DNA of 64,000 nt, from assembly GCF_036365525.1 (NCBI RefSeq), contig NC_090404.1, positions 3,968,001 through 4,032,000 of the forward strand. Reading direction: 5' to 3'. Source of the stretch: Heterodontus francisci (taxonomy: Eukaryota). The notes under the pieces were generated by a model. It saw nothing but the letters and a program-made list of their open reading frames with translations. It was not told the DNA's origin and made no database searches. Each line of letters starts with the position of its first letter. The first letter of the stretch is position 1. Shown here one piece after another: positions 48,271 to 61,654 of this stretch. The translations under genes were made by a program, and so were the position numbers.

Positions 48271-49959
48271 CCCGGCAGAAGGGGGCGAGGTTACAGGCGC
48301 CGCCTATTGATTCCCTGATAGAGGCGGTTACTGGATCCACGTCCCACCTTCCACATCATCAACAGAATGGACTCATATCATTACACTGAGTTATTATTAA
48401 ATGTGAACTTTTTATCGGTATCCAGGGATAGTCAGTTGGCTGTGTGGTTTCAATGCAATGTGTTACTTGGTACTAAATGGAACTGCTGCAGTGAGGAATG
48501 TGTCAGTAATAAACAAGTGCATTGTGGACTGTGAATTAAACCCCTTTATTTCCTCAACTCATCACAGGGGATGTGAATCGCTAAGATTAATTTCCGTTAC
48601 CAAGGTCAAACGTTACTGATAGTATGTATCAATTCATCTCCCGTTATCGATCCCTTCGATCTATACCAGTGAAGCATCCCCGATAATTTGAATTGTTATC
48701 AATTTATGCAATTAAATGCGGGACATAAGTAAAGTGATTTTATTTTCAATTTGAATGGCTGTAGTTATACGATTTAGGATCAGAATGAATAGAAACGCCT
48801 CGTATTATACAAGTCTCTCTCTCTGTCTGCATTTCTCGAGCTGCTCCTGACGCCAGTCCTTCTAAAATTACCGAATACAGAAGTCCGCTTGCCTTGATAC
48901 GTAAAATTCATATCAGCTTTTGAAAAAGAGAATCTAGTGAATCAGAATCAATACGGTAATCAGGAAATCTATCCCTGATACCCAGATCATTGCAGCTAAC
49001 ATTACTAACGACAGACTGTTTAACACGCACTGGTATCAGGAACACAGTATATCAGGACTTAAAGCTATGCTACAAAATATCACAAAAAGAAACGCTTTAT
49101 TTGTAGTGGAAACGGATCACAAACTGGGCATTTCTCTAACCACTGATATCTCCACTGAGAGGGATGGATATGCAATCCAAATTATCAGATATTAAACTGT
49201 CCGCAGCTGTTATCAGTAATGAAAGAGTCTTTATAGTTTGAATGTGATACACAGCTCTGTGAGAAAATTCAAGGAAATGCAGCGGGTTCTGGGCAATTCC
49301 ACCTATTTCTTTATTTAATATACGATTTCCAATTTTCTATTTCCGATGTGGGTGTGGGGGTCATTAAAATCTCTCTCTAGAACTTCATGCAGTAGAAATA
49401 AATGGTCTTAATGATCCAGAATAATATTTAATTGTCACGTGTCAATTTATTATTTTGCGCTCCCAGTTTATAATGATATGAGCAGTGAGTTTACCGAAAA
49501 TCATTCTTTAGACGTGATACCGTGAAATGATTTATTTTTTGTAAGAGCGCTGCTGAATAGTTAATATTTAAATGGTTAAATGCCATCTTTGTCCATTCAT
49601 ATTCACACTAATCTGCCCCACACAGTATTTGGCACCAACCCAGCCGACTGCCATCAGGGAGACTCAAACAGCAATGTCATTTACAGGAAGCATCTGGGGT
49701 TCTGTGCAGTAAATCAAAGATCTGTTTCCTCGTAATTGACCGCTTGGCTGCAAACCAACTTCAAACCCTTACCATTGTCAATGAGGCCTATTCATAAACA
49801 AATCTGCCCAGCAACAATACTGGAGTTAATTTTATTTTTTTCAGTTGCTTACCGAGGTGAACTGTTCCCATCTCTCAGCAAAGGAAATATATCCACTGTC
49901 TCAGACACCCTTTTAGGACCAACAGTCTGAGGAACTGTGCAGCATATCATAACATTGTA

Positions 49960-49960
<1 letters not shown>

Positions 49961-50037
<77 letters not shown>

Positions 50038-50356
50038 GGATGGAGAGANNNNNNNNNNNNNNNNNNNNNNNNNNNNNNNNNNNNNNNNNNNNNNNNNNNN
50101 NNNNNNNNNNNNNNNNNNNNNNNNNNNNNNNNNNNNNNNNNNNNNNNNNNNNNNNNNNNNNNNNNNNNNNNNNNNNNNNNNNNNNNNNNNNNNNNNNNNN
50201 NNNNNNNNNNNNNNNNNNNNNNNNNNNNNNNNNNNNNNNNNNNNNNNNNNNNNNNNNNNNNNNNNNNNNNNNNNNNNNNNNNNNNNNNNNNNNNNNNNNN
50301 NNNNNNNNNNNNNNNNNNNNNNNNNNNNNNNNNNNNNNNNNNNNNNNNNNNNNNNN
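49961..50356. repeat. (GATA)n/(GACA)n microsatellite followed by an assembly gap (N 50049-50356)
   Basis: Read directly from the sequence. Confidence 0.95.
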
Positions 50357-50575
50357 GAGAAAATACATTCTGTAATTGATAAATATGCTTGTTTGCGTGG
50401 ATGGAGGCATAGCTGCAACGATGCAGGGATGACTAGATAGTTGGATGGCTGAATAAAAGCAAAATACTGCTGATGCTGAAAATCTGAGATCAAAGTGGAA
50501 AGTGTTGGACATACTCAGCAGGGCTGGCAGCAACTGTGGAGAAAGAAACAGAGTTAACGTTTAACGTCTGTGCAG

Positions 50576-50845
50576 TAGGTGACACAGTGGCACAGTGGTT
50601 ACCACTGCAGCCTCACAATTCCAGTGACCTGGATTCGGGTACTGCCTGTGTGGAGTTCTCCTTGTGACCGCGTGGGCTTCTGCCGGGTACTCTGGTTCCT
50701 TCCCACAGCCAAAGACTTGCAGGTCGATGGGTAAAATGGCTATTGTAAATTACTCCTCGTGTGGGTATGTGGTAGGGAATATGGGATTAACGTAGGATTA
50801 GTATAAATGGGTGGTTGTTGGTTGGCACAGACTCGGTGAGCCGAA
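50576..50845 (+). mobile_element. tRNA-derived SINE (HE1/V-SINE-like); second copy at ~54775-55090
   Basis: GGCACAGTGG..CAGTGGTTA..GCAGCCTCACA head and shared body in two copies. Confidence 0.75.
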
Positions 50846-53800
50846 GGGCCGGTTTCAGTGCTGTTTGCTTCTCCATAAACTTTCATCAGAACTGGCAAAG
50901 GTTAGACATGTAATAGGCTGTGTGAAAGTGGTGGAGTTGGTGAGGAATAGAATAAAAGGGAAGGTTTGGCACAAAGCAGAAGAGATCTCCTGAATGTCTA
51001 AACGTTTTGTTTCACGTACTGATGAACAGATTGATGGATGCATGGAATGAATAGATGGACAGATAGATAGATGGGCCTGAAAGATGCTGTTCTTCAACCA
51101 CATCTTTGTGATTGACGATTCCTAACAGGAAGCCCCCTCTTTATTTCATTTGCATTACTTTGACGCCTTCCAGTTCTTCCTGATTTTCTGGATCATTTCA
51201 ATCCCTCGGATATCCAGAAGTAACGAGATCAATTCACAAAAAGCATGGTGATAACCCTGCGGTATCTCTACTAATGGGGCACATTTATCACAAAGATATA
51301 AAGGGAGAATATGACTGGGTTATGAAGGGACGATTGTAATATTTCTGAACATGTGGTCCTTTCATGTACATCAAAGCACTCAACTCGAATTACTTCAAAC
51401 ACATCAGCAATATAGAAAATCATTGGATACATTTTCCACTTCTCTCTGTAAATACTTATTCCTCTGTTATACTGGTCCATTCACGCCATTCTAAAGAACA
51501 CAGATAAAAGGAGAATACACTGTACCTTTCTTCACCGCCATATATTCATTGTAAGTCATTGGCCACAGTGAAATATAACATGTGGGTAGAGCACACTGTG
51601 GTCCCAAATTCAAATGTCCTTAACTCCTTCAGCCACATTTCCCAGAGCCTCTCCATTTAGTCCATTCATGCACTATTGTTCACGAGTTCAGTACATCAGT
51701 GAGATTTACTGAGGCTGATGGTACAGGGTCACTGTGATAAGAACATAAGAAATAGAGGCAGGAGTAGGCCATTCAGCCCCTCAAGCCTGCTCCGCCATTT
51801 AAGAAGATCATGGCTGATCTTGTTGTGGCCTTAACACCACTTTCTTGCTTGCCCCGAAACCCTCCCCCACCAATCCCCGATAACCTTTGATTCCCTTGTC
51901 GATCAAAAATGGGTGACCATGATATCATTGTGGATTGTTGTGAAGACCCATCTGATGCACTATTGTCATTTAGGGAAGGAAATGTGCTGTCCTTTTCTGG
52001 TCTGGACTACATGTGACTCCAGACCCACGCCGATGTGGTTGACTCTTAACTGTCCTCTGAAATGGACTAGACAGACACTCAGTTCAAGGGCAATTAGGGA
52101 TGGGCAATAAATGCTGGCCTATCCAGCGACGCCCACATCGCAGGAACAAATTAAAAATTGGTTGAATATTACAATACAATTCCCAGAATGGCAGAGTTAT
52201 CCTCGTGTTGGATTCAAGGTCACACCCACAGACAGTGACTGTACTATCTATAACAAAAACAAAAAGTGCTGGAAAAGCTCAGCAGGTCTGGCAGCATCTG
52301 TGGAGAGAGAAGCAAAGTTCATGGTTCAGGTCTGTGACCTTTCATCCAAACTGGCAAAGTTTAGAAAATAATTTCCTCCTGCACTCTGTACTGACTACCT
52401 GCCGTTCTGTACCCTACGGGGGAATGACCTGAGGGATCCGGATTCTGCCTGATTTAACACTGTATCTATAATGGAATTTAACTGTGAATGCCTGGAGTTC
52501 CATTTACTTATTCCTCCTTGATCTATATTTTAATGAGCAATGACCCTTGATCATCAGCCGTGGCTTGGTTGGTACCACTCTCCGCTCTGAGTTTGCAGGT
52601 CCAAGTTTCATGTTCTACTCTAGGACCTGAGCACAAAAATTACACTGGAACTACAGTGGAATGCTGCACTGTCAGAGGTATCGTCTTTCAGATGGGACAA
52701 GAACCCAAGGCGCTGTCTGCTCTCTCAGGTGTAAAGGATCCCATGGCACTATTTCGAACAAGTGCCGGAGAGTTCTACCAGGTGTTCTGATCAGTATTTC
52801 TCCCTCAACCGACCTCACAAAAACAGACTATCTGGTCATTATCGTATTGCTGTTATTGGAGGGGCCGAGTGGCCTGCTGCTGCTCCCAATTCGCATGTTC
52901 GTATGTTTGCTTTATGCAAATTGGATGCTGCATTTCCGACATTCCTAACGTGACGGTAGTTCACAAGTAGTTCATTAGTTGCAACGTTTTTGAGAGGTCC
53001 TGTGGTCGTGAAAGGCCCGAGAGAAATGCAACAATTTTTGGTCTTTTTTCCGAACGATAGTTGTAAAAAGGAGTGATGCATTGAGCAAGTAAATCATACA
53101 CTGCTCGAATGATAAAGCTGAGAAGGAGGCCATTCAGCCTTTCAGGACTGTACCAGCTCTTTGACAAACTATCCAATTATTCCACTCCCCCCTGTTATTT
53201 CACCAAAACCGTGCACTCTTTTTCCATTTGAAATATCTATGAAATTCCCTTTCAAAAGTTATTGTTCAATCTACTTCCCCCCTTTCAGGAATTGCATTCC
53301 AGATCATAACAATTTCCTCTGTCATTTGTCTTCGCCCTCATATCGACTAGAGTCATAGAATTAGAGAGTCATTTACGGCACAGACGGAAGACATTCGGCC
53401 CATTGAGTACATGCTGGCTCTCCACAGAGCTTTTCAGTCAGCCTCACTGCCTCACTCGATCCTCGTAGCCCTGCAAGTCTATTTCCTTCAAATGACCATC
53501 CAATTTCCTTTTGAAGTCATTTATTGTCTCTGCTTCCACCACCTTTGTGGACAGCAATTTCCAAGTCATTACCACCCGCTGTGTTCCAGCGTTCCTCTTC
53601 ATATTCCCCTTGCATCTATTGCCCAAAGCCTTCATTCTGTGTCTCCTAGTCCTTGTACCATTAGTTAATGTGTGCGACTTTTCCTCCACAAATATAAAAT
53701 AAAACAAGAAATGCTGGAAATACTCAGCAGCATTTATACTCAGAACGGTATGTTAATGTCAGTGATCCTGTCTTATCAACACCTTCACCTTTGTTATCTC

Positions 53801-53854
53801 TTGCCCCACCCCCACTTTACTTGCATAAAACCTTTTACATTTTTAATATTTGTT

Positions 53855-53892
53855 CGTTCTGATGAAGGGTCACTGACCTGAAACATTAACTC
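53855..53892 (+). ncRNA. Second hammerhead-like motif (degenerate stem III)
   Basis: GTT-CTGATGA-AGGGTCACTGACCT-GAAA-CATTAAC. Confidence 0.5.
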
Positions 53893-53999
53893 TGTTTATC
53901 TCTGCACAGATGCTGCCAGACCTGCTGAGTATATCCAGCATTTCATGTTTTTATTTCAGATTTCCAGCATCTGCAGTATTTTGCTTTTATTTTCCACTT

Positions 54000-54590
54000 C
54001 TAACTTGCCTAAGTCTGTCATAATCTTGCACATGTCTATTAATCTCCCCTCAATCTCTTTTTTTTTTGAAGAAGAATAAGCTCAGTTTTTCCAACTTGTC
54101 CTTGTCACTAAAATCCTCGATCCCCAGAACTATTCTAATAAATCTCTCTCAAGGACCCTCACATGCTTCCAAAAGTGTGGTGACCAGAAATGGACGCAAT
54201 ACTCCAGTATTGGCCTGACCAGAGCTTTATAAATGTTCAGCGTAACTTCCCTGCTTTTGTACTCAATACCTGTGTTTATGAAGCCCAAGATCCCATATGC
54301 TTGACTAACCACTCTCTCAAGATGTTGTGCCACCTTCAAAGATCAATGCACATGCATCCCAATGTCCCCCTGTTCCTGTACACTCTTCAGAACTATGCCA
54401 TTAAGTAAATGTTGCCTCTCCCTTTCCCTTCTGCAAAAATGAATCACCCGCCACTTGTCTGTCCACTCTGCTGACCTATCTATGACCTGTTGCAGTCGTT
54501 ATATATCATCCTCATTATTTGCCATACCTCCAAGATTGATGTCATATGCAAATTTGGAGATTCTACTCCATATTCCAAGATCCAAGTCGA
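54000..54590 (-). mobile_element. CR1 LINE fragment
   Basis: KALVRPILEYCVHFWSP. Confidence 0.8.
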
Positions 54591-57139
54591 CGCAGCTTTT
54601 GGTTATTTTGCTATTTATCTTGAATTTTTGTCCTCTCGTTTTCAACCCTTCTACCACTGGAAATATTTACAATTAACATATTCTATCAAACGCACCAAGG
54701 CTCCTCAGACAGCACCTTGCAAACCCACAACCTCTACCTCGAAGGACAAGAGTACCAGATGCATGGGACCATCACAGGGTGGCACAGTGGGGCAGTGGTA
54801 AGCACCGCAGCTTCACAGCTCCAGCGACCCGGCTTCAATTCTGGGTAGTGCCTGTGTGGAGGTTGTAAGTTCTCCCAGTGATGTTTCCTCCCACATCCAA
54901 AAGACTTGCAGGTTAATAGGTAAACTGGCCATTATAAATTGTCCCTAGTATAGGTCGGTGTTAGGGGAATATCGAGATAGGTGAGGATGTGGTAGGAATA
55001 TGGGATTAGTGTAGGATTGGTATAAATGGGTGGTTGATGGTCGGCTCAGACTCGGTGGGCCGAAAGGCCTGTTTCAGTGCTGTATATCAAAATCAAATCA
55101 CCACCTGCAAGTTCCCATACAAATCACACAACATCCTGACTTGGATCTATATCGCTGTTCCTTCACTGTCGCTGGGTCAAAATCCTGGAACTCCCTTCCT
55201 ACCAGCACCTTGGGTGTAGCTACCTCACATGAACTGCAGTGGTTCAAGAAGGCAGCTGATCACCACCTTTTCAAGGGCAATTAGGGATGGGCAATAAATG
55301 CTGGCCTAGCCAGGGATGCCCACATCCCATGAATAAAAAAAAATCAAAACACCTCTATGAAATCTCCTTTTAACCTTTTCTTCTCTCAGCAGAACAAACT
55401 TTGCTGCTTCAGTCTCTCCATCTAACAGAAATCTTTATCCTTGGTACCATTTTAGAACATTTTTCTGGACCATCTACAAGGCCTTGATGTCTTTCTGAAA
55501 AAGTGGTACCCAGAAATGAACACAATACTCCAGCTGAGGCCTACTGGTGTTTTGTAAAAGTTTAGCATAATCATAATTTTTCTGCTGGAGTCGTCTATGA
55601 CTTGATGCAATGAGAACTGAGGTAAGGGCTAATGTAATATAAACAGATGGATGGTGCGGTGTAGTAATAACTGAGAGAGGATCTACTGCAATATAAATTG
55701 ACACATTATACAATGCAAGAATAAAAGAGACATTGTCCAGCGTAATATAGATGGATATGTGACATTGAGTAATATAAACAGCGGAATCATTTTGTGTAAT
55801 AGGTTTAGAGCCATGCTTAAATATATTACATGTTCGGCAATTACGTTTTGAATAGAAGGAAATAAAATGCTAAAATATAATTTGTGACGGTAATTATCCA
55901 TCTTTGTTGAATCCATTGAGAAGTATTAATAATGATGTGCTTTCTACACAAACGCACACATTTTACATATACACATATACAATTACACATACATGTACAC
56001 TTACATGTGTGTTTGTGTGTGCTCGATTAGTTTTCAGTTGTCCCCATCTAGCAGCTGAGAGCTATGGAATTAGGTTAAAGTTACACTGGACTCTGCCTCC
56101 TTCGTTACTGCACTAGACACTGCTGCAGTTCATATTACAGTAGACATTATCTCAGTTGGCATTGCACTAGACATCTCTTTGTTTATTTTGCACATGACTC
56201 ATTCTAGTTTACTGCTGCACTAGACCATGCTTCAACTTATATTACACAAGGCCCTGCCTCAGTTGTTTCTGCAATGCACCATATCTCTGTTTATATGACA
56301 CTGGACTCTGTCCCAGCATACTACATTAGACCATGTGCAGTTATTACTGCAGGAGAACATTTATCTGTCTATAATACATAGGCTTTGCTCAGTTGTTACT
56401 ACTCGATCATGTCCCACTTATATTACACGAAATCCTATCCCACCAATATTATACTGGACCATGTTGCTTTTTATATTATGCTAGGTCTTGTCCCAGTTAT
56501 TACTGCGGCAGCCCATAGGGTTGTGTTGTGTGGTCACGTTTCCAGACTCTGTCTGACACCGTCATTAGGTCAGACGAAACCTAAATAGAAAATCCTGCAG
56601 GGAAAACAATCCTTAACAATAGAAAGGAATTGTGAAAATTATCACTGTACAACACAAGTGATGGATTCGTAAACTTCAACACAACAGAATTTGTCAGTAA
56701 GCAGTGTAAATTGCTTAATTTTAGTCCTATCCCTCAACCCAGTTCATCTCTGGGAGATTGTTACAAGATTCGCCCCATCCGTTCAACAAAAATATTCCCC
56801 ACATAATACCAGAGCAATTAGAAATTGCACACCACTGCTTATCGCGATGAACAAGATTAACCGTATTCTTACAACCAAAAATGATTGCACCACACACAGA
56901 CATATATTTTCATTTATATTCCTATCCATCTATCTATATAACAGTTAAATGGTCTGTTGCCGTAAAATAACTGAGACACGGCCTCGTATAAACAAAAGAC
57001 AAAGACATGGTTTCATGGAATTAAACAGAGTTATGGTTTAATGCGATATTCAATTCAATTCAATTCCATTTTATTGATGATAAGTTGAATTGGAGAGAAC
57101 AGTGTGGAGATGTGGTGACCAAGTGACATACACCAATAT

Positions 57140-57450
57140 ACTACTCAGAAAATTAAAATCCTTTCGAGTAGAACCCGTAATCCTGAAAATCTTCCATACG
57201 GTTGTTGTTTTGGGTGCTGTCCTATTTGGATGTCTTTCCTGGTACTGTTGTCTTCGGAATGTAGATACTTTAAGGGTACAGAGATTTCTGAACCAAGCAG
57301 GAATGGTAGTGATGAGCAAATATTTCTTGACAACATCTGCTCTCAAAAGATTTGTACAAAACAACATTATGAACATTAAGAATCGCCCCTTGTCTCAATC
57401 TTACTTTTCAAAGCGTTCAGGGAATGCAGGACAAATCGGTTCTTGAACTC
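57140..57450 (+). mobile_element. Non-LTR retrotransposon fragment (Rex1/Babar-like post-RT region)
   Basis: LLRKLKSFRV..ILKIFH..VV..VLFGCLSWY...RVQRFLNQAG resembles, from memory, the C-terminal segment of that clade. Confidence 0.55.
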
Positions 57451-60139
57451 GTTCGTGCTTCTCTCTGAAATAACTTTGAACGGGAGCTTGAGAAATGGAT
57501 GACCATAAGGGATTCATTGATTATTTTCATGCATTGAAATTAGTTTTAAACATCTATTTCAATCAACTTAGACTTTGTGTGATAGGGTAATTTTCTTTCT
57601 TTTTATTGCTATTGTCCAATTGCAATTTTAAAGTGTGCAATGTTATTCTGAGAGTTATGGCATTAGCTGGATTTTAGCATCCTGCACCAGCCCATCTAGC
57701 GGTGCTGTGTGGTCACGGTTCCAGACCCAGGCTTACACAGTCCGTTCGTCAGACGAAAGCTAAATAGAATATCCTGCAGGAAAAACATCCCTCAGCAATA
57801 AAAGGAATCTGTGAGCAATTTTCACAGTACAACACAACAGTGAATTCGTAAACTTTCACACAAAGTTTATCACTAAGTAGAGTAAAGTTCATTACACCTT
57901 TACTCTGTTCCCTCAATCCTAGTTGATCGCTGGGAGATGGTTACATTACGCCAGTTGACACTGACCATTGTTTGTAAAATTTAGCGACATCATTATTTTT
58001 CTACTCGTCGTCCACGGCCTCGTGAAATGAGAAATGAAACAAGGCCTATTTTAAATATAAACAGATACATGGTCCGGTCATACACATTACATTACAATCG
58101 GCCCTGTTTACATTACATTTGGCCCTATTTCTGTTGATGTTACTGTGGTCTTGTCTCAGTTTTAAATGCAGAAACGTTTGCCTCTTAATATAGCAAACAA
58201 GATTCTGTTCCAGTCATTACTGCACTCGGCCAACTCCCTCTCTCTCTCCCTCTCTGTTTATAATGCACCACCTCCTCTCCCAGTTACGAAACCATGTCTC
58301 TATTTCCATTGCACCAGACCCTGCCTCTGTTATTACTCAACTAAATTAATTCTGCTGATATTTCACTGTCCCAGTTTATGTTACTAGAGATGCTGCCTCC
58401 TTTATTGTTGCACTAGACTACGCTTCTACTCACATTTCACAAGGCCCTGTCTCACATATTACTACACTGGGCCATATCTCTGTTTCTATTAAGCAAAGCC
58501 CTGTCTCAGCTGACAACATAAGACCATGTGCTGTTATTAGTGCAGGAGACCAATTCTCTGTTTATAATACATTCGGCCTTGCTCCGTTATTACTGCACTA
58601 AATCATGTCCTACCTTTGTTACATTTCCTTTGTTCTGAGGAGAATACCTCAAGTCTTCAATTATATTTTAGAATTTTATTTCCTTCTACCCAAAACGTAA
58701 TTGCAGATCATTTAATACAATTGGCCAAGGCTCGAGATTTATTGAACACATCGATTTCGTTGTTTATATTACATTAGACCATGTTGTTTGTTTCTATTCT
58801 GCTCGGCTGCCTCAGATGTTGCGGCGCGAGGCCATATCTCTATTCATTCCACTAAACGATGTCACATTCTATAATGTTGTAGTTTGTGTCTCAGTTATTA
58901 GTGAAGTAACCAGAAAAAATATTGGAAGATGTCGGAGAGGAAATGGTGACGGTAAAACGTTAAAATGAATTTTATGGAAGCAGAAATGGTGCGAAATTCA
59001 AATAAAGCAGCAAATGTTTCATTCCTTTACAAACAATGGAAATAATGAATCAGTCATTTACAGATTTATTAACTTCACATCATGTACAGGTAGTATCATT
59101 GTTACCATCACTTGCACAAATCATTACACACGCAAGGTGTTTACCATCAGCTTCTGTGTGATGGTGAGGTGATCACTTAACAATAAAGCACAGAGTCGCT
59201 GATCATTACCCCTCGGTCTGCAATGACATTTTGAATTAAATAAATGCTTTAAAAATTGGTGAAGATACTTACTTATGTTTATGGAGTTGTAAACAATATG
59301 GTGTGCTTTGCACAGATACAAATGGAGTTACTTTGGTGAAAGAGTGAAACCAGGGGCTAAATGGGGACTGTGCTGACGAAAAGCCCCTGTTTGAATGACT
59401 GCATTTAGCACCCAATTTCCATCTAATTGCTGATTGCCATAAAATTGAACTTGTCTGGAAATGTTAAACCAGAGACCAGCAGGTTCAACACCCAGGTGCT
59501 GATTAACCACAATATTCTTGAATCAATATATGTGGGCTCCATGCACGCACTTCTACTATAAGTGTGAGGTTGGCGGTCTGACACATGGTAACAAGTTTCA
59601 GGATGGCTCAGGAACCAACTGAGTGGCTGCACAGATTCTCCGAAAGCCTTGTAGGTCCTGGTGGAGGAGATTCAGGAGAGGAGGGATGTCCTGTACCCGC
59701 AATGTACCCTTCTGTCTCACTATCCTGCAGCAGCTGGTGCTACTCTGCCTGGCCTCATGTCCTCCTCCCATTCGTACACCAGGATGCCGATGACCTCGCT
59801 GTGAAGGCCATTCCTTGAGAGGCAGGTTCTGCCACAAGTGGCGGAACCCCTTCAACCAAGATCAACAAATTAAACTAACAAACGTTCAGCCATTTTGCTC
59901 TATTACAAATTTCTCTGTGCAGAAATCGGCCACATTCATCTGGAATTAGTTGCACTTCAAATTTTGGGACCTCCTAGAGAAGGTGATGGGCTGGTACATC
60001 AACGCAAGCTGTTTCTTGGTGTATTAGTATCAGAAGCAGTAACTGACATCGACATTTTCACAAGACGAGCAATGGCCAAACACAACCACAAGGAGTCAGT
60101 GAAAGCCCAATTGTTTACATTACTTGAAACAGGTGCTGC

Positions 60140-61650
60140 CTTCATTATTACTGCTCCAGATCCTGTTTCTGTTTATATTACACTAGATGCTGTCTCTGTT
60201 TATATTAAGCTAGAACTTGCTTTTGTCTATATTATACTAGATGTTGTCTCTGTTTATATTATACTCGGTCATTTTCCAATTCGTATTCCAACAAATATTG
60301 TCTCTGATAATATAAAAACAGTATATTGCTCAGCTATTCCGACATTGGCCCAATCCCAGGTGTTAATACTCTGGACCATGTTTCTGCTTGCACCACACAA
60401 TACCCTGTCTAGGTCATTCCTGCACGAGATCACATTTCTGTTTCTGTCACACAAAGCCCTGTCTCTGTTATTACTGCAATGGACCATCTCTCTGTTACTA
60501 CTACACGGAATTCTGTCTCACCGAGTGCTGCACTTGTGCATGTCTCAGATGATTGAAATCGAGGTTCTGTATCAATAATTACTGCACTGGACCTTGTCTC
60601 GGTTTTTCTTCTAATGGACCCTGTCTCACGTATGACTACATTCTATCATGTCCCTGTTCTCATTGCACAAGACACTGTCCCAATTATTATTGCACTCGAC
60701 AGATTTCAGATTACACTTGATCATGTATCTGTTTAACTGACACCAGAACATGTCTGTTAATACGACACGAGACACAATCTCAGTTTTTACTGAGCTGGAC
60801 CCAGTGTTGGTTCATATTACCGTAGATCTTGTATCAATAATTGGTGCACTGGAGCCTGTCTCAGTATTCCTGCACCAGGCCCTGTCCCTGTTTATATTAC
60901 CACAGTGCCTGTCTCTGATCATATTGCACCAGTCCCTCTCTCAGTTATTACTGCTCTGGACCCTATCCCAGCTGCTACTACACAGAACTATGTCTCTGTT
61001 TATATTAAGTTCGGCAAAGTCTCTGTTATTGCTGCACCAAACCCTGTGTCTGTTTATAGTACACTAAACCCAGTCTCAATTAGTGCTGGACCATTCAATG
61101 TCTCCGTTCATATTACACTGGAACATGTCCCTGTTAATACTCCACTTGAACATGTCCCTGTTCAAATTAAAATAAGCCTTGTCTTTTCATTACTAATGTG
61201 TTCATATTGCAATTGGAACACTCTCTGTTTATATTACACAGGACCCTGTCTCTTTTTATATGACACTTGATCCTGTCTCTTTTTATATTACACTAGACCC
61301 TGCCTCTGTTTCTATTCCATTTGACCCTTTCTCTGTTTATATTACACTCGAACATGACTCAGTTACGACTGGACTTCGTTGCTTCTCTGTTTATATTACA
61401 TTCGACCCTATCTCTGTTCTTACTGCTCCAGGCCTTGGCCATGTTTACATTACACTCGACCTTATCTCTGTTCTTTCAGCACCAAGCCCTGTCACTGTTT
61501 ATATTACTCTCGACCCTGTCTCTGATTGCATTACACTCTGCCGTGCCTCTGTTATTATTAAACTAGGCCCTGTCTCTGTTTATATTACTTTGGACGCTGA
61601 CTCTGTTTATATTGCAGTTGACCCTGTCTCTTTTTATATTTCACGAGACC
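60140..61650. repeat. 27-bp minisatellite (same family as 7150-8110); further tracts at ~55600-56510 and ~58100-58900
   Basis: ccctgtctctgtttatattacactcga-type units. Confidence 0.85.
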
Positions 61651-61654
61651 CATT

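Noticed and set aside
49849-50533. ORFs of over 200 aa
   Set aside because: They run through the N gap and GATA repeat.
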